Origin: Paramecium tetraurelia
Taxonomy: Eukaryota
Assembly: GCA_000165425.1 (NCBI GenBank)
Contig: CT867991.1
Coordinates: forward strand, 186,001 to 250,000
Direction of reading: 5' to 3'
Length of the DNA: 64,000 nucleotides
Positions 42,232 through 56,860 of this stretch are shown here, one piece after another; the first letter of the stretch is position 1, and every line of letters begins with the position of its first letter. The position numbers and the translations under genes are program-made. The notes under the pieces are model-generated. The model saw only the letters and a list, made by a program, of their open reading frames with translations. It had not been told where the DNA came from and did not search any database.

Positions 42232-43269
42232 TCATTGTTCCTGAACAGCATTTTTAATGGCTTTAAATAATTGAGTCGCCTCTTAAATTGAAGAAAACTC
42301 TAAACAAAATCCCTAGAGTTAAACATAAATCTTCTTAGGATTGAAGGTCTTTTATTTGATCAAAGTCTTAATGAAAACTGATACGAGTCTAACTTATCTG
42401 GCTAATTGTTATTGATTCTATATTGATTGTTAAATTAAAATATTACTTATTTGACTTCTTCACAAGTGGCGATGCATCTGGTAATGAAGCTTATAAGAAA
42501 TTGATCAGGAAGAGTTATGTTCTTGGTGAGTTGGTTCACTAATTCTAAAGTTTAGATGGTGACCTTAATTTGAATGAGGAAATCTAAATATCTAAAGAAT
42601 AAGATTTAGGATTTACTCATGAACATTAACTCCAGATTAGTGTAGTTTAGTAATGATATCACTAACTAGTTGTGGGTTGTGCTCAACAATGTTGTTGAAT
42701 TGAGTGATGTCATTTTTATATTCAGGCTTGAATAGAGTCAAGATCATCTAGTGATCCTATGGGGAAAGCTTGGTGGATTGTGCTTGTGCTAAGTAAAATC
42801 GAAAGAGGAATGGGTTTATGTTGTAATCCCAGATTGGTTGATGTATAAATTGAGGTGAAATGTCTTCCCATTGTGGTGTTAATATTTAGGGGATGGGTCT
42901 CAAATATTCACATTAGGCAGTTAGGGATGTGTCCATTTAATTCAGCAATTAATCTAAATCTTACCCATACTCTATCATACTGCATTGAGAATACATATTT
43001 GATATTGTTTACGATGTTCAATTCCAATTGATTGTTGCACAATTCAGTCAAACTCATTTTCTAATTGATCTAATGGACATTATACAAATACTATAATCGT
43101 ATGTGTTATGGCAAGTCCTTGGATATTTATTTAAAATTAAAATTACCTAATCACGTAAACTGGATAACATGAAATTGCAAATTTCATTCACTCCCTGCTC
43201 TTTGATGACTTTAAAGTTATCTTCAAGAGTCTTATGGATATCCACAGGGACTTTGGTGTTTGCTTACAT
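42232..43269 (-). CDS. CNOT11: CCR4-NOT complex subunit 11
   Basis: IVEHNPQL...LELVNQLTKNITLPDQFLISFITRCIATCEE...QVRLVSVFIKTLIK...LQGFCLEFSSIQEATQLFK matches the CNOT11 C-terminal domain. Confidence 0.9.
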
Positions 43270-43332
43270 TAAAAAAGTGATTTATTGAAATAAATTACTT
43301 AAATATATTAATATATAATTTTAAATATAAAT

Positions 43333-44690
43333 ATGATTAAAAATAAAGGTTATTGGGTCTATGGAGGTGCTCTGGCGTTGGCTCTGCTTGGCACATTCAA
43401 ATATACTATGAAATCTAAACAATAAAAGCCGACAGGCCAAGTAGAATTCAGTCTACTATAATCATCCATTACTCTTGATTACAATAAGAAGCCAGCAGGC
43501 ATAATAAACAACGGGAATACGTGCTTCTTGAATTCCGTATTACAAGTACGATAAATTACATAATTAGTGGCCTTAAGTTCATAACCCAATTTCATTGAAT
43601 ACCTATTTGAATTAGTGTAACACATCAATGGACAAACTACTTTAGCTTAGTAGATCTGCTTAGAATTGGCTAAAATCATGAAGTACCTCAATAGTGATTT
43701 GGAAGTGATAAACGCATCCGATTTGATTGATCTGCTATCAGAAGATGCCGATTACTCCTTTTTTTATGAACAATAGGATTCTCACGAACTCTTCAACATG
43801 CTCATGAAACACATTGAAGAAGCCAATAACCAAGTTAATTCATTTGATTTAACCATGTTGAGATCAAAACAAATGAAATCCAAGAATCCTTTTCTTCATC
43901 ACACCAAGGTTCAAATTAAGTGCAATACTTGTAACCATTCTGTAAGCATCTTCTACTAAATGTAGTTTAACTCACTCAAAGTAGAAAGCAACTATGCATT
44001 CCATTTCAATCTCAATCATGCAAGAACAGTTCCAGAAGCAATCGATTATATTTAGAAACCTGAAACAATCACTGAATATATTTGTCTCTATTGTTCCCTT
44101 TAATTTTTAAGGAAAAAGTACACATTGACCGAACAACAGAATATAATTGATTCATATTTCTCAGCCAACAATTACGATGAGGATTCTTTCACAATCCTTA
44201 AGAAAATCATCGAGCAATTGAATACAGTCCAAGGCAATTAAGTTGAATTGGATCCATAGAAGGCATGTCTTAAAAGAACCGTGACACGTTAGACTTACAT
44301 TGCAAAATATCCAGTATTTCATAGTACTAAACTCTTAGAAAACGTTTTGTTTTTTCGTCAACCGACTCATTGTACATCCCTATCATGGTTTGATTAAATT
44401 GGATGATCCAGTTTACTTGGATTCTAATTTTCCCATAGCTGATAAGGAATTCACTCTCTCTGCATTAGTTTGTCATCTAGGAGATTCCAAATCAGGTGAG
44501 TATCTTAATCATCATTCTAGGCCACTATGTTGCATTCAAAAGAACATTTGCTTAGGATCTGGAATCATCAATGAGTCTAAATAAAACATACAAGAAATGT
44601 GAATGGTATGCTATTTCTGACGTTAAAGTCGCTGTCACAAAACAACCACAGCAAGGTGAAGCGTATTTAATTTTTTATGACACATATTGA
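43333..44690 (+). CDS. Ubiquitin-specific protease (C19), USP30/Ubp16-like with N-terminal membrane anchor
   Basis: N-terminal WVYGGALALALLGTF; GIINNGNTCFLNSVLQAL, QQDSHE, HLGDSKSGHY, WYAISD, AYLIFY. Confidence 0.92.
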
Positions 44691-44828
44691 TATAATATAA
44701 TGATTAGTATTATTATTTGTAACAATTCATTCAGATAAACAATTTAAGAATTTGACATAAAATTATAATAAATTATTTTAGTACTCTCTTAAAAAAGGTT
44801 TGTAGATTATTAATAAATAATATTTTAA

Positions 44829-47800
44829 TCATTCTAATATATATTTATGTTTGGTAGTTGATAAAAATAGATCTGTTTTTACAATCTCTGTACTTACAAT
44901 TTAATTAAACTTATCTGGATTCTTGAATTTTAATGCTCTTAACTTTTGTGCCAACAATTCAAACTTTTTATCATTCTAATTTGACATTACGCAATCCTAT
45001 TCTAATTGTTCAGTTTTCCTCTATGTCTCTTAAGTAGGTTCTTCATAGATTCTCATTTGTGCTTGAGTTTACACAATCTCACTTGCCAATGATTCCATTT
45101 TTCTTTATTGAATAATGCTTGAATCGTACTCGAAACATTCTTTTCTTACTTCAGGATGATCCCTCATTTACTCTAATATAATCACTCATTATGATTACCT
45201 AATTGTACTTATTGAATCATTCTTTATATATTCATTTAGACTTCTCTCATGTATTCATCCAGGTGAGATTGAGTGTTAATTTGAGTTTACTATTCATCAT
45301 CTAATTAAATTTGATTAGTAAATTTGAGTGCCTAATCCTTCTCTATTACATCTTTATATCTCATCCGGTTCTCATGAAATTTTCGAATCGTATCTCCACA
45401 AGCATCTTCATTTTCCCTCTTATCATTAATTAATCCTTCTATTGTTTAAGGTATATGCTTCAGTTGCTTTTAACGCTATTCATCTAGTGTTATTACTTAT
45501 AATATTTACATAAATAGATATTATATTTAGCCTCATCATCTGGACTTTATAATTGTGAAATCTTTTTCTCTATATCCTTCTTGAGATCTGCCAAACTTAA
45601 ATTTTGCTTAGCTATCAATTCGTATTCCTATTTTAAATCATAAACCTTCTTTTTCGCTATCGTAGCTTAATTTTGTTACTTAGTCATCGGAGAAATAGAG
45701 GGTGATTAAATGTCATTTCTTAAAGTGGATTTACTTGATTTTGAAGTATTTTTCTTCTTTTTATTGCTTGGATCCTCATCATCCCAATCATAATCATAAT
45801 CGTCATCATCATTATTATTAGCTGCTTCCTAAAATCTTGATAATTTAGTTTTAACTCTTTGTAATTTTGCTTAAGGTGTATTACTGTTATTATTGTTACT
45901 ACTCTAATCTTCAAATTTAGTTTTCTTACCCCCTTGTTTCCTAGGAGGCTAAAGGGGAGTATTATTTTATTGAGGAGTTCCACTGCTATTAACCATAGAT
46001 TAATTTTGCGAAGGTTAATAGCTCCTTAATTAAATATCCTACAAATTTGTTCTATTTCGTAATTATTATTAATAAATCTATTAAGTTGAAGAATTCTCAG
46101 CATAATTTTGATTACTATCTTAGCGTTGAAGATTTAATTTAATTTATTTATCTTCATTGTTATTAATACTTGGTTATTCTTATTAATATTATTATTATTA
46201 ATTTGATATCTATTTTTGCATAGGTTATGAAACAATATTTTATGATGAGTTTTATTATTACTATTATTCTTAATGTTATTCTTATTCCTTATACTATGAT
46301 TGTTATGTTTTTTCTCTTGGATTCTATTTATTGATTTGAGATTATAATTATTATGAACCTGATTATTTTGATTTCTTTGATCTTTCAGTTTATTTGGGAT
46401 CTGACTTCTTTGAATTTTCAGTCGGCTATTTAATTGTTCTCTTTGTGACCACATTAACGACATTTCCATTTTCATCTATTATTTCCTAGATCTCCTCTAC
46501 AACTTATTCATCTTCTTTATCTGTTTATTCATCATATTCATCTTAATGAGGTACTTCTTCAACTGATATGTTTGGAGAATAAACTTCCTTATTTTCATTA
46601 CCTCTATCGCTACTCTCTCTATTCCCATATTTGAGACTCTTATAAGTTCCATAAGACTATGATGAACCTTCAGGTTAATTTGCTTATTATTCATCCTGAT
46701 TTGATCTTTTAGTTCTGCTTCTCTAAGCATCTGATCTTTATGTACCTTATTAACTGGAGATTTACATTTGCTAACCTTTTTCAGATTAATTTTAAGTTTA
46801 ATCAGTTTTTTATTTAACTTAAGGTCTTCTTATATTAAAATTGATTTCTGTTTATCCTTATTTAATTTGATCAGATTCGTAATTGATATTAGTTGGTGGA
46901 TTATGAGATCTAAATGTATTTTATTATTTTTCACTAGATTCATCAAAATCAATCAAATCTCTTGATGTGTTCTTACCTGATTGTAATGGTTAGGATTATT
47001 TCTTAGTGAATATTTATTCCCTTTATTTCTTCTGATCATCAATCACAGTTTATAGAAATTGCAACTCCTCGTCCAATTCTTATGAATTGGCTCTTTCCTA
47101 AAGATTCATCTTATGGGAAGCTAGAAATTGCTTTCGCTCATCCTCAGACATATTTTTGATCATAGTAGATGGCTTGGATCTTTTGGAACTATCCTAGATT
47201 TTATAGCTTTTCCTTGATTTCTCCTATTTGGATGGTGCATTTTCTTCATAAAATTTCAAATAATCAATTTAATCTTTATTATGAGTTATTTTAGGTGGTT
47301 TGATTGGATATCTAGTTTCTTCCAAATAGATCTTTTTATTTGGTTCATTTTGCATAATGGTTGTTGATTACTTAAGTAACTTGGATGATAATTTATTAAT
47401 TGGATGTTTAAGTAGGATATTAGTGACTTCATCTAATTGTTTTTCAATTTGATCAGGAGGTATTTGAGCTTATAGTAATTATTGTGAAATCTATTAGATA
47501 ATATTAGCAATTTATTCTTCATTCAATCTTTTATCATTGAGAGAAACCTAACTCTCAATTTTAAACGTATGATCAAGATGAGAAATATCTCGATTGTAAG
47601 AGAGATGTCTGCGAGCATCTTCTGGAATATCTTCACTTTTGATGACAGGAATACTTTAGGTTGCTTTCTCTTAATCATCAGAGTCAACATCCAAGTAATT
47701 GAAAGTAGACGGTTGATCCATAATTGGAGTTGGATTTTTGTGGATATTAATAATATTGGATACTAGATTTTAAGCTATTTTTTAGACAGTTTCAGATTCA

Positions 47801-49389
47801 ACTTAGGAGAGAGTCTGAGAATGTTAAGATTCTTCTCCTCCTTGAATTTTCTTTTAATCCATTACTCTTTATAAGATTTGACTGAATTTCATTTCATAAT
47901 AGTTCTATCTCTCAAATTTCATATCGTCACTTACATCTAATTCTTAGGCAGATGATCTGGCTTTCTATTCTTCATTTAATTTATAGGCACTCTTTCTCAT
48001 AGTTTCAGTTTATTTCTTCTCAAGACTTAATTGATTTGAATGATGATTGGATGAAGCAGATGCCAATTGATTTGATCTATTGACACTGGATTTCATAGTT
48101 TTACTTGTTTTATTTTGTAGTTATGATACCATAGATAGACTCTATTAAACCTTAGACTTGCTTGTGTCTTCAATATCAGGTTAAAAGTATGGTTATTAGA
48201 GTTGTTGAGTGTCATTGTCAGATCTTTAAGCAATTTACTGTTTAGCTTATTCTAAGAATTTTAAAGTTGGTAATAGTTTATTCTTATCTTAGGTCTTCTC
48301 CTTGCTATGTTCAGTCTCATTGCCTTTTGTAGCAAGCGAACTGGATCTCATTTATTGTAAGATAGATTGCATCTCAGTTGATTGTTCTTAAATGAGTGTT
48401 TCTTCTATTTATTTCTATTTTAGATCCATTTTTGTTTTGTTAGTTACATCCTCTAGTTCAGGTTCATCTTCATAGTTGTTAAATTTATATTCAGTAACAC
48501 TCACATTAGGCAATGATTTGACATACATGGATCTCATGATTGAAACTTCTTAGATTGAACTTAATTCATTGAAATTGACAGGGTTATCAATGCCTGGAGG
48601 TCTATTGAATTCATTCTTCATTGCCACTTCCCTCTCATAGATTTGTTTCTTGATTCCAAGAATTTCATTTAATTATAATTCTCTCTCCATCTCACTCAAT
48701 TGACTGTGTCGTTGCAGAATGATTTCTTTTACTTTTCTCACATCTTCATGTGAAACCATTTTAGATTCTTAAATTGCTTACACTACTCTACTCAGCATTA
48801 ATTCTTCCAGTTCCAATTATGAATCCCTTGTTCTGGCTTAAGGGATTTTGGAAATATTGATATTAACTATTTTGACTTGAGTTTGAGAAGAAACCAATTT
48901 AGGCAATTCTAAGTGTTTATTAACAATTGATGCCTATTATTATAAATTCTGAATGCATTCCCTGACAAATTTGAGTTATTTCTATTAAGATGGTGGTTTA
49001 ATCTCTATTGTTTTGTAAGCATTACGTATCTCCTCTGTATTTGGTTCTTCGGTTTAGTTTAGTTTCTACTTTTTAGCATTCTCATTCTTTTTTAATCCAT
49101 CTTTGACTTTCTTCTCCTTTCTGATTCTCTGAATTGCAAATTTATTCTTCAAATACAATCGATAGTAGAACTTGAATAAGTCCACATTGCTTTTCCCTTT
49201 GAAACCCATGGCATGATTGGCCACAAAGTCAAAGTCTCTGTGCAATGGAAACTGTATTTCCAATTGATTATCGATACTCTAGCGTTGTTTCTTCTCGAAT
49301 TTGGGTCTAATTATAAATGTCTATTGATTCCACTCTCCTCTGTCCTTCACAAGAGGCAAACGAGATGAAACCATTTCCATTTTTTCCAT
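44829..49389 (-). CDS. Very large low-complexity / coiled-coil protein
   Basis: About 4.5 kb code-6 frame from MEKMEMVSSRLPLVKDRGEW; poly-Q and acidic tracts; 3' end approximate. Confidence 0.75.
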
Positions 49390-49458
49390 TTTAATTATAT
49401 TATTTAATAAAATGTCACTCACTTAATATCCTCTTAGTAATATTATTATTTATTAAAA

Positions 49459-50672
49459 ATGGCTCTGATACATAATTAAAATGACTTATAAAATATGTTT
49501 AGTAAGGCTGGAAAAATAACTTCTGAAAAATATATTGTATTTCAACATAGAGATGATCAACCTGTTAAAAAGTTTAAGACTCCACAATCAACCAAATCTC
49601 CAGAATCAATAAAAAAGAAAGCACATTCTCAATAAGAGTCGCTCAGTGAAGCAGATCAAACCCATTTAAAACACCTTCTCAAACTATCCTAACCCTTTTC
49701 CAAATAGATCTCCAGACAAATTGGACATTACACTTAAGTTGGAAACAATAACAAAGCATCATGTGGATAATATCATATCAAATATAGTGAACTAGACAAG
49801 TAACATCAATATCCTATACTTTTGACAGAGCAGTACATTCAGTTCCAAATTATGATAAAACTTTGAAACACACTCATCCCATCGAAGTTCCCCATAGATA
49901 TCAATAAGATTGCCCTATAGTGTAAGTACCCTATTGCTATAATAGTACTCCCATTATTGAGAAACCTAAAATTAAAAATGAAAGTTTTGTAGATTTGCAA
50001 AGATAAATACCAAGGTTTACTCTCTTGTTATAAATAGAGCTGACATATTTTCAGGAACGCCCAATCCTCATCCAGATCGATTTCAGTTCTTAAATGTAAC
50101 CAATCAATGGAGTAAAATACCAAGATAACCTTAAATTAAGTTGGAAAAACAATTATCCAGAGATCAGATGTTGATTTATAAGAAGAAGGAGTTTGCACCT
50201 GATTATAAACCTAATTTCGAGTTTGGCAAAAAGTAAAAGCTCCTAATTAATTTAGGAAGTTGGGCAGTTGTGGGGCACCTTTTTATAAATTAGAATAAAG
50301 AAAGGACATTTTGACTAAGATACCTCCATACACTTTTGAAAGCTATTTCGAATATGATGAATATGCCAAAAAATCAAATAGCCAACTCTTCAGTTCTCCA
50401 ACAGCTCCTAATTTTAACACTATGTTAGAGAGAGAATGTGATCAACGTTCATTGTTGCCAAGCTTCATGCAAGTAATTCTATCAGTTAAATTTAGAAATA
50501 TACAAATACAAGATTGGGCATTACTCATTTAAATTAGAAAATGTTAGAAGTTAACAATTTTAGAGATGGTAGATTCCTAACAGTTACATCAAGTTTTATG
50601 CCTACAAAGTAATAGACATCCAAAAAGAACCTTAACAAATCAAGCCAAAATTAATCAATTGATGACATTTGA
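49459..50672 (+). CDS. Hypothetical protein
   Basis: MALIHNQNDLQNMFSKAG start, several short introns, ends QSIDDI-TGA. Confidence 0.72.
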
Positions 50673-50868
50673 AATATTAGATTTATTGATTAAGAATTAT
50701 CAATAACTTAATACATAAGTAGCTTCATTTTTGAATGCAATAATAATATCTGTTATCTAAAATTTCATTTAATTTTAAATTCAAGAAACTAAGAGAAATC
50801 AGTAATTATTGATTTAAATTGATACCAATGAAAATTCATAAAAAACTTGTTGAAAATAAACTAAATAT

Positions 50869-52239
50869 TCAGATTCCATCCTCATCAAAATTACGAGATC
50901 TATATAGTTTTCGTTCAAAACTATCTAACATATTATTAACATTTTTTATATCATTTGAATCATTCTACTTTTAGCTGTTTATTAAGTTGCTACATTTAAT
51001 CTACCTTCTCTTTTTAGGATTCATCTATTATCTACTTTTATTTAAATATATTGATGTTTCTTTTAACAACGAACTATTGGCTTATAAGGTTTTGCTAAAA
51101 GTACTTTCTGCTTACTCAACAGCTTGGGCTAGCAATAAACCTTTATATTCAGTCCTATCGAGTGGATGCTTATGGGATAAAGCATATGTAGATTTAGATT
51201 ATTAACTAAGATTTAAGATAGGAAATACCTACTTAACATTAACATGGGAGTAGTCTAGGGTTGATTGGTAGACTATATTTAGGTTTGCTCATTTTTGATA
51301 GTTAAACCATTATTAAACGAGACAGAATTGAATTCCTAGTTGAGTACACTGCCAACAGTATATGGTCTGCTGGTGTGATTGTTCTGTTGTGAGGATGTAA
51401 GAATTTGATTTTGAAATTATTACAAAGTCTAAGATTATTGCTATTTTTCAAGTTATTGAAGTGTGGATTCAATGACATCTTTAGATTGTCTGGTTAAAGC
51501 TGTGGTTACTCTTTGGAGACTTTACCTTGAGGGAGAGATTCCACTTTTTTATTCTAATTCTAGATTGAGAATTCTTCTTCGAGTGCTTTGTTGTTTAATT
51601 TAATCCATGTTTTTAAGTCTCAAATCTTCTTTAATCTATTCGACTTAAAAGTCTTTACTAATTTTATCACTTATAGACTTAACTCCTTGTTCCTCCATTT
51701 TAAGTATCCTAGGATTGATAAGGATATTGATATATTTTTAAGATTGCTGGTTTAATTTGTTCCATAGGTGATCAGGCCTACCCAGAAGTGCAGTTCTAGA
51801 GAAGATAGGTTTCAGAACGATATTCTCAACTTGGACATCATTTTGCTATTAACTCAGGTTCTGCAGACTTCCTCTTTCCATTTTCCTTTGTTGTAGCCTG
51901 TTCAAATCTTCGTCTCTTGCCAAATTATAATAAATGATTTTGTTCTTCTACAACTCCATTTTGTCTTGCTATTAGAGTTCCAACATCTTCTTTATTCTCT
52001 TTTCGCCTCGTTTTTATTGTTCCTTGAGTTAGGTGAATATTTTGGCATTAGACTTAGCCTGATGAGGATTGTTCCAAATATGGGTGTTATCATTATAATA
52101 ATCATGATTCTTTTTCTGATGGGTGTTGATTGGAATTGTTTAATATCTAAAATGAGTGTATAAATTACTCAGGTAATTTGGTATGTAAATAGTACTTATC
52201 TATTTCCTTGATGGGATAAGAGGGGTGATTTGTTATCAT
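50869..52239 (-). CDS. Hypothetical protein
   Basis: MITNHPSYPIKEID start; ends NMLDSFERKLYRSRNFDEDGI-TGA; short introns. Confidence 0.7.
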
Positions 52240-52268
52240 TTTAATATATAAAATTAATTAATCAATTT

Positions 52269-53413
52269 TCATTTATAATCCGCTAACATTAAGCCATTAA
52301 GTTGAAGATTTGCAAGTCCTCAGCTGATCCTTCGATTAAACATTTCTCAGTATAAGCTGCAATTTCCATCATCTTAGCCTTTTGCTTTTCTTTAATCGTG
52401 TCTGTTGCTAGCACAACATCCAAAAACTATAAAATCTATTATAATTAGATAATAATTCACCAATTGTTCGATATTATAGCCTTATTGGATAACTCTAGTG
52501 CATTCCTCCTAAACACTTCTTATACTCTTAGTTTGAATTACAGACACAAGGTCTTCGATTTATTCATCTGGTATGAACTAAACTATTGATTGGAATATTT
52601 TACTCCTGATATTTCATTAATAGCCTTTTTGTTTATACTCTTCTCATACAGAGTTGACGAACTTTGAAGCATATTGACACTCTTCCTCAGATCACCACCA
52701 GAAACAACCACTAATTATTTTAATGCATCCAAATTATATGTTACTGACTCAGAATCAGCAACAAACTTGAGTCTCTCTATTTGTTCATTCTCAGGGATGG
52801 ATTTGAATCTATATTTGACACATCTTGAAACTAAGGGTTCAATGATCTAATTAATATACACACTTACTTTGGTGATATAGTTGCAAATTATACAAAATCT
52901 GGTTGTGGTTGCATAGTCTTCGATGATTCTTCTGAGAGCACTTTGAGCATCATTAGTCATTGAATCAGCTTCATCAAGAATGATGATTTTATAACTAGGA
53001 CATAGAAATCCTGGGTTTGGGTTTTTGGCCACTATTTATTCTGCAAACTTTTTGACTTTATTCCTGACAACATTGATTCCTCTGTCATCAGATGCATTCA
53101 ATTCCAATACTCTTTATCTCCAAAAATCGGGTCCAAATAATTGCTTTGCTAATGCTATTATGGTGGATGTCTTCCCAGTCCCTGGAGGTCCATGAAGTAG
53201 AAGGTGAGGCAGATTTCCAGTTTTCAAAACTCCTTGCAAACTCTAAACCACCTCTTCTTAATATGCAAGATCCTCTATTTTGTTAGGACGACTTAAAATT
53301 ATGAATTGATTATACTATTTTTCAACCCATGGCAACATAGGTTTAACAACAGGTTCTTCCACCTGCATTGCTGATGTGTTTTTGTTAAACTAATTCAGAG
53401 TCCTATTTTACAT
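52269..53413 (-). CDS. RFC4: Replication factor C small subunit (human RFC4 / yeast Rfc2 type)
   Basis: [54 protein letters not shown] motif. Confidence 0.95.
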
Positions 53414-53486
53414 AATAAAATTAAATGAGCGGGTAATTTATATTTATTGAGAATCAAATATTAAAATGTGTTATATTTGCAGAATA

Positions 53487-54832
53487 TCAATATTTTCTGT
53501 GAGGTTCTTTGGAAGTGACTATCTTTGGTGCCAACACCTAAGTTCCTGGCTTAACTATATCTAGTGAGGGAATATGCTATTTATTTTAAAAGCTGGTTCT
53601 CCTCTTATCCACAGACGTAATCTTAGTTAATTATTGTTATTATATGGTTTTTCTTTGTCCAATCAATTGTTAAGAATTGAATTGTTAGATGTTCAAATTG
53701 GACATTTTCTTCTCAGAATCTAATCCATTCAATACTGCTTTTGGTAGTATTGGAGGTTACTGATGCAATGGTTATGTCATAATCAACTATTGATGCAACT
53801 ATTTTTTTTCAGCACTCATAATATCCTGCTGAGTTTTAATTGCATTATCATCCTTTATCCAATCATACCTTTAATCGAGCTCAAAACCAATCTTTTTGAA
53901 GGCATCCTAAAATTTAAGCTGAGTAACATACTTTAAACAATCCTCTCAGATAATGATAATCTGGTTTCTCTTCGAATTTTAGTTACTTGCAATAATTTAA
54001 ATATTGACTTAACTCAACGGGAAACCCTTTGCATAAAACATCTGATGAGGTTTCTACTTTTTTCTCCATTATTCGTTGATATTTTTCTTTTTGATTAATC
54101 CCCTTCATGTTTTACCAAGGCAACTATCCTCTTAATAAATACATTAGGACATAACCAAGAGATTCTAGATCGTCCCTCCTTGATTATTCAATTCCTAAGT
54201 GAGTGTTGATAGATGCATATCTGGCAGTTCCAGTTAGACTCTTTCCCTCTCTATAGGGGATGTGTCCATCTTTTGTTGAGTACCGTTTGGCTAGTCCGAA
54301 ATCCAAAAGGTAGATTCGAACGGCCTTCTAGCCTAATCCAATGAGGAAATTATCAGGCTTAATATCGCGATGAAGGAATTTGTTCAAATGGATGAATTCA
54401 ATTCGTTAAATCATCTAATCTGCGAGCATCAACACCTAAGAATAAATTGGAGCTGCGTACAGTCTTTAGTGATAATCTTTTATTGTGCTTATTGAACAGG
54501 TCTTCGAGACTTTGACCCAATAAATCAATGACGATGTAATTATAATCACCGTCTGTTCCTTAAGCAAATATTCTGGGGATTCCTAACTTTTAATTAACAC
54601 TTCAAATACCTTTATCACTCTGATCGGAACCTTGTAAATATGTGTACAATTTAGCCTCAAAAAATAGTTGAGGATGCTTAGTATCACTTCTTTCCAATTT
54701 CATTGCGTATTCCTCCTTTCCCTTAGTTACTTGATATATTTCTCCAAAAGCACCACTCCCTATTCTCTTGGTCAACTTATAAACCTTGGCGATAACCGTA
54801 TTTGTGAGATCTTTGCCTATAGGAGTGTCCAT
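53487..54832 (-). CDS. Casein kinase 1
   Basis: [58 protein letters not shown]. Confidence 0.96.
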
Positions 54833-54867
54833 TAATTAATATAATTTAATAACTTATTCTTTAAAAT

Positions 54868-56680
54868 TCAAAATAATTTAAAATATAAGTACGCCAGGAG
54901 GAACCCCAATATAAATTTCCATTGATTTTTCGCCATCAACCACCCTCTATACAACATTAATAAGAACTTTAAGAATATGGCCAATCTACCAACGACCTTG
55001 GACAATTACTCTGGACTAAAACAATTGAGAGAGACAACTCACCTTGCAGATTCAATGTATGATGTGATTGCATTATTGCCACCAAATGCAGGAGCCATCA
55101 TTTTTAACATTTAGGGATTGCTCTTTAATTGATCGATAACCATTTCAAGCATTTAGGGATTTTATGCTAAACCCTATAGGTTTTATGGCATTTATTACGA
55201 CGCAGTGGGAGCCTAAGGAGCTTGAGGAGCGTTTTGATTATTTGATTATGAAGTTGACTAAATGGGTTGTTATTATGCGAATTATTAAGATTATTAGGAT
55301 AACTTTTATTATTGTAATACTGCTGGATCCACATTTTTCATTTATGCCAACATTTCAGGTGTCATCATAGTTTGCATCATCTCTATTTATTAATCTGACA
55401 TCTCTACTCCACTCTACTATTTCATCATTTATTTTAAGAAGCCTTTGTCCATTGATTTTAACGTGTTAGTCATGTAATTTAATTATTCAGGAGACTATAA
55501 TAGTAGATGGATATTACCATATTTTTAAATTAGTCAAATTGCTATTGAAATTGGGGATTCTCTGGAATTTTGTTTACATTCTGAGTTTCATTTTATTTAG
55601 TGGCAGGCTTTGTAGGTTGACTTTTAGAAGTAGGAATCTCCTCCTCAACAATAAAACCATCTTCTTTAGTGGATTGCACCTTCTACTTTAAATTTTGGAA
55701 CTCTTCAGAATTGGTGTCAACAGAGGATAATTTGATTTTTGGTTTCTTTTGTGCTTCTTCTTCTAAGTCTTTGTTTTCCTTCTTATCTTTATAAATTTGT
55801 TAAGGCTATTATTATTATTGATTTTGAATTGGTTCATCTTCTTATACAATTTTAGTTTATTCAACTTTCTATTCTTGTTTTTCTTATGGATCATCTGAAT
55901 TTTATTTTTATGTTTGATCGATATTTGAATTTTACAATTCTTTTGTTTGTTTATACATAACTTGCACTGTTTCATCCGCTGGTAATTTTTAGGATGCAAT
56001 TTCCAAATATCCAAGGGCCTCCGTATACCTTTTTGTCTCGAAGAGTGCTTAACCCATTCTGAAATTAGCCTTACCATTCTAATCGTCATCCTCTAGGACT
56101 TTCTTAGCTTAACGTAAAACAACGTCAAATTGAGATTGTTTGGCTTTCACATTACAATAATTTAATCTGCAAGAATGTTCCAATTGCTTCAATTCTATTT
56201 TTTTGTTTGCGTCATTTTTCAAATAGGCATTGTTTTCCCACAATTCTTCAATTTCTGAGATTGCTTCATAATATTTGGATGCTGCCTTTTCGTAATCTTA
56301 TTATTTAAATGCATCATTTCCTTGATTCTTTAATTTTGTTAATGATCGGAAATTACTCACTCTATGGTTTTTGCTATTGCTATTATTATTATTGTGCTTG
56401 CTGACCCTGAATTCTCTATTTTGCTCTCTCTATGTCTTCTGGACGAGTCTAAAATAGATTCTTGATACAATACTTGATTGACTTGTCTTTATAGATCCTC
56501 ATCTTTCATATTCTTGACTTGACCCATGGTTTGTCTCAAAAATGAAGGATCTATGTTACCCATTCCTGCCATCTAAGCATATTGTCTCAATTGATCATCA
56601 CTCATGTTTGCACACATTTGTGAGGTCTACTTCATCATTTCAGGAGTCAGGAACTTCTTTGAGTCTTGATTAAATTACAT
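54868..56680 (-). CDS. OEP61/TPR7-like chaperone receptor: Met-rich STI1-like repeats + TPR clamp + C-terminal TM
   Basis: TPEMMKQTSQMCANMSDDQLRQ; KNQGNDAFK...CRLNYC...KANFRMGQA clamp; LKSNPQMLKMM; tail WKFILGFLLAYLYFKLF-TGA. Confidence 0.8.
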
Positions 56681-56860
56681 TTTTATATAATTTTTAATTA
56701 AAGTGAAGCACGTATTCAATCATTTTACATCTTTCATCTGAATACAACATTTTCATCTACCTTATACAGTTAACTTAATTGATCTAAACTATTGATCTCC
56801 TTGATTATTTATAATTTCGATATATATATTTTATACATATAATAAACAGATAAACAGTTA

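Noticed and set aside
45720..46965. Asn/Lys/Met-rich short ORFs in the supplied track
   Set aside because: Out-of-frame or antisense readings of the poly-Q/acidic part of the large 44829-49389 gene.
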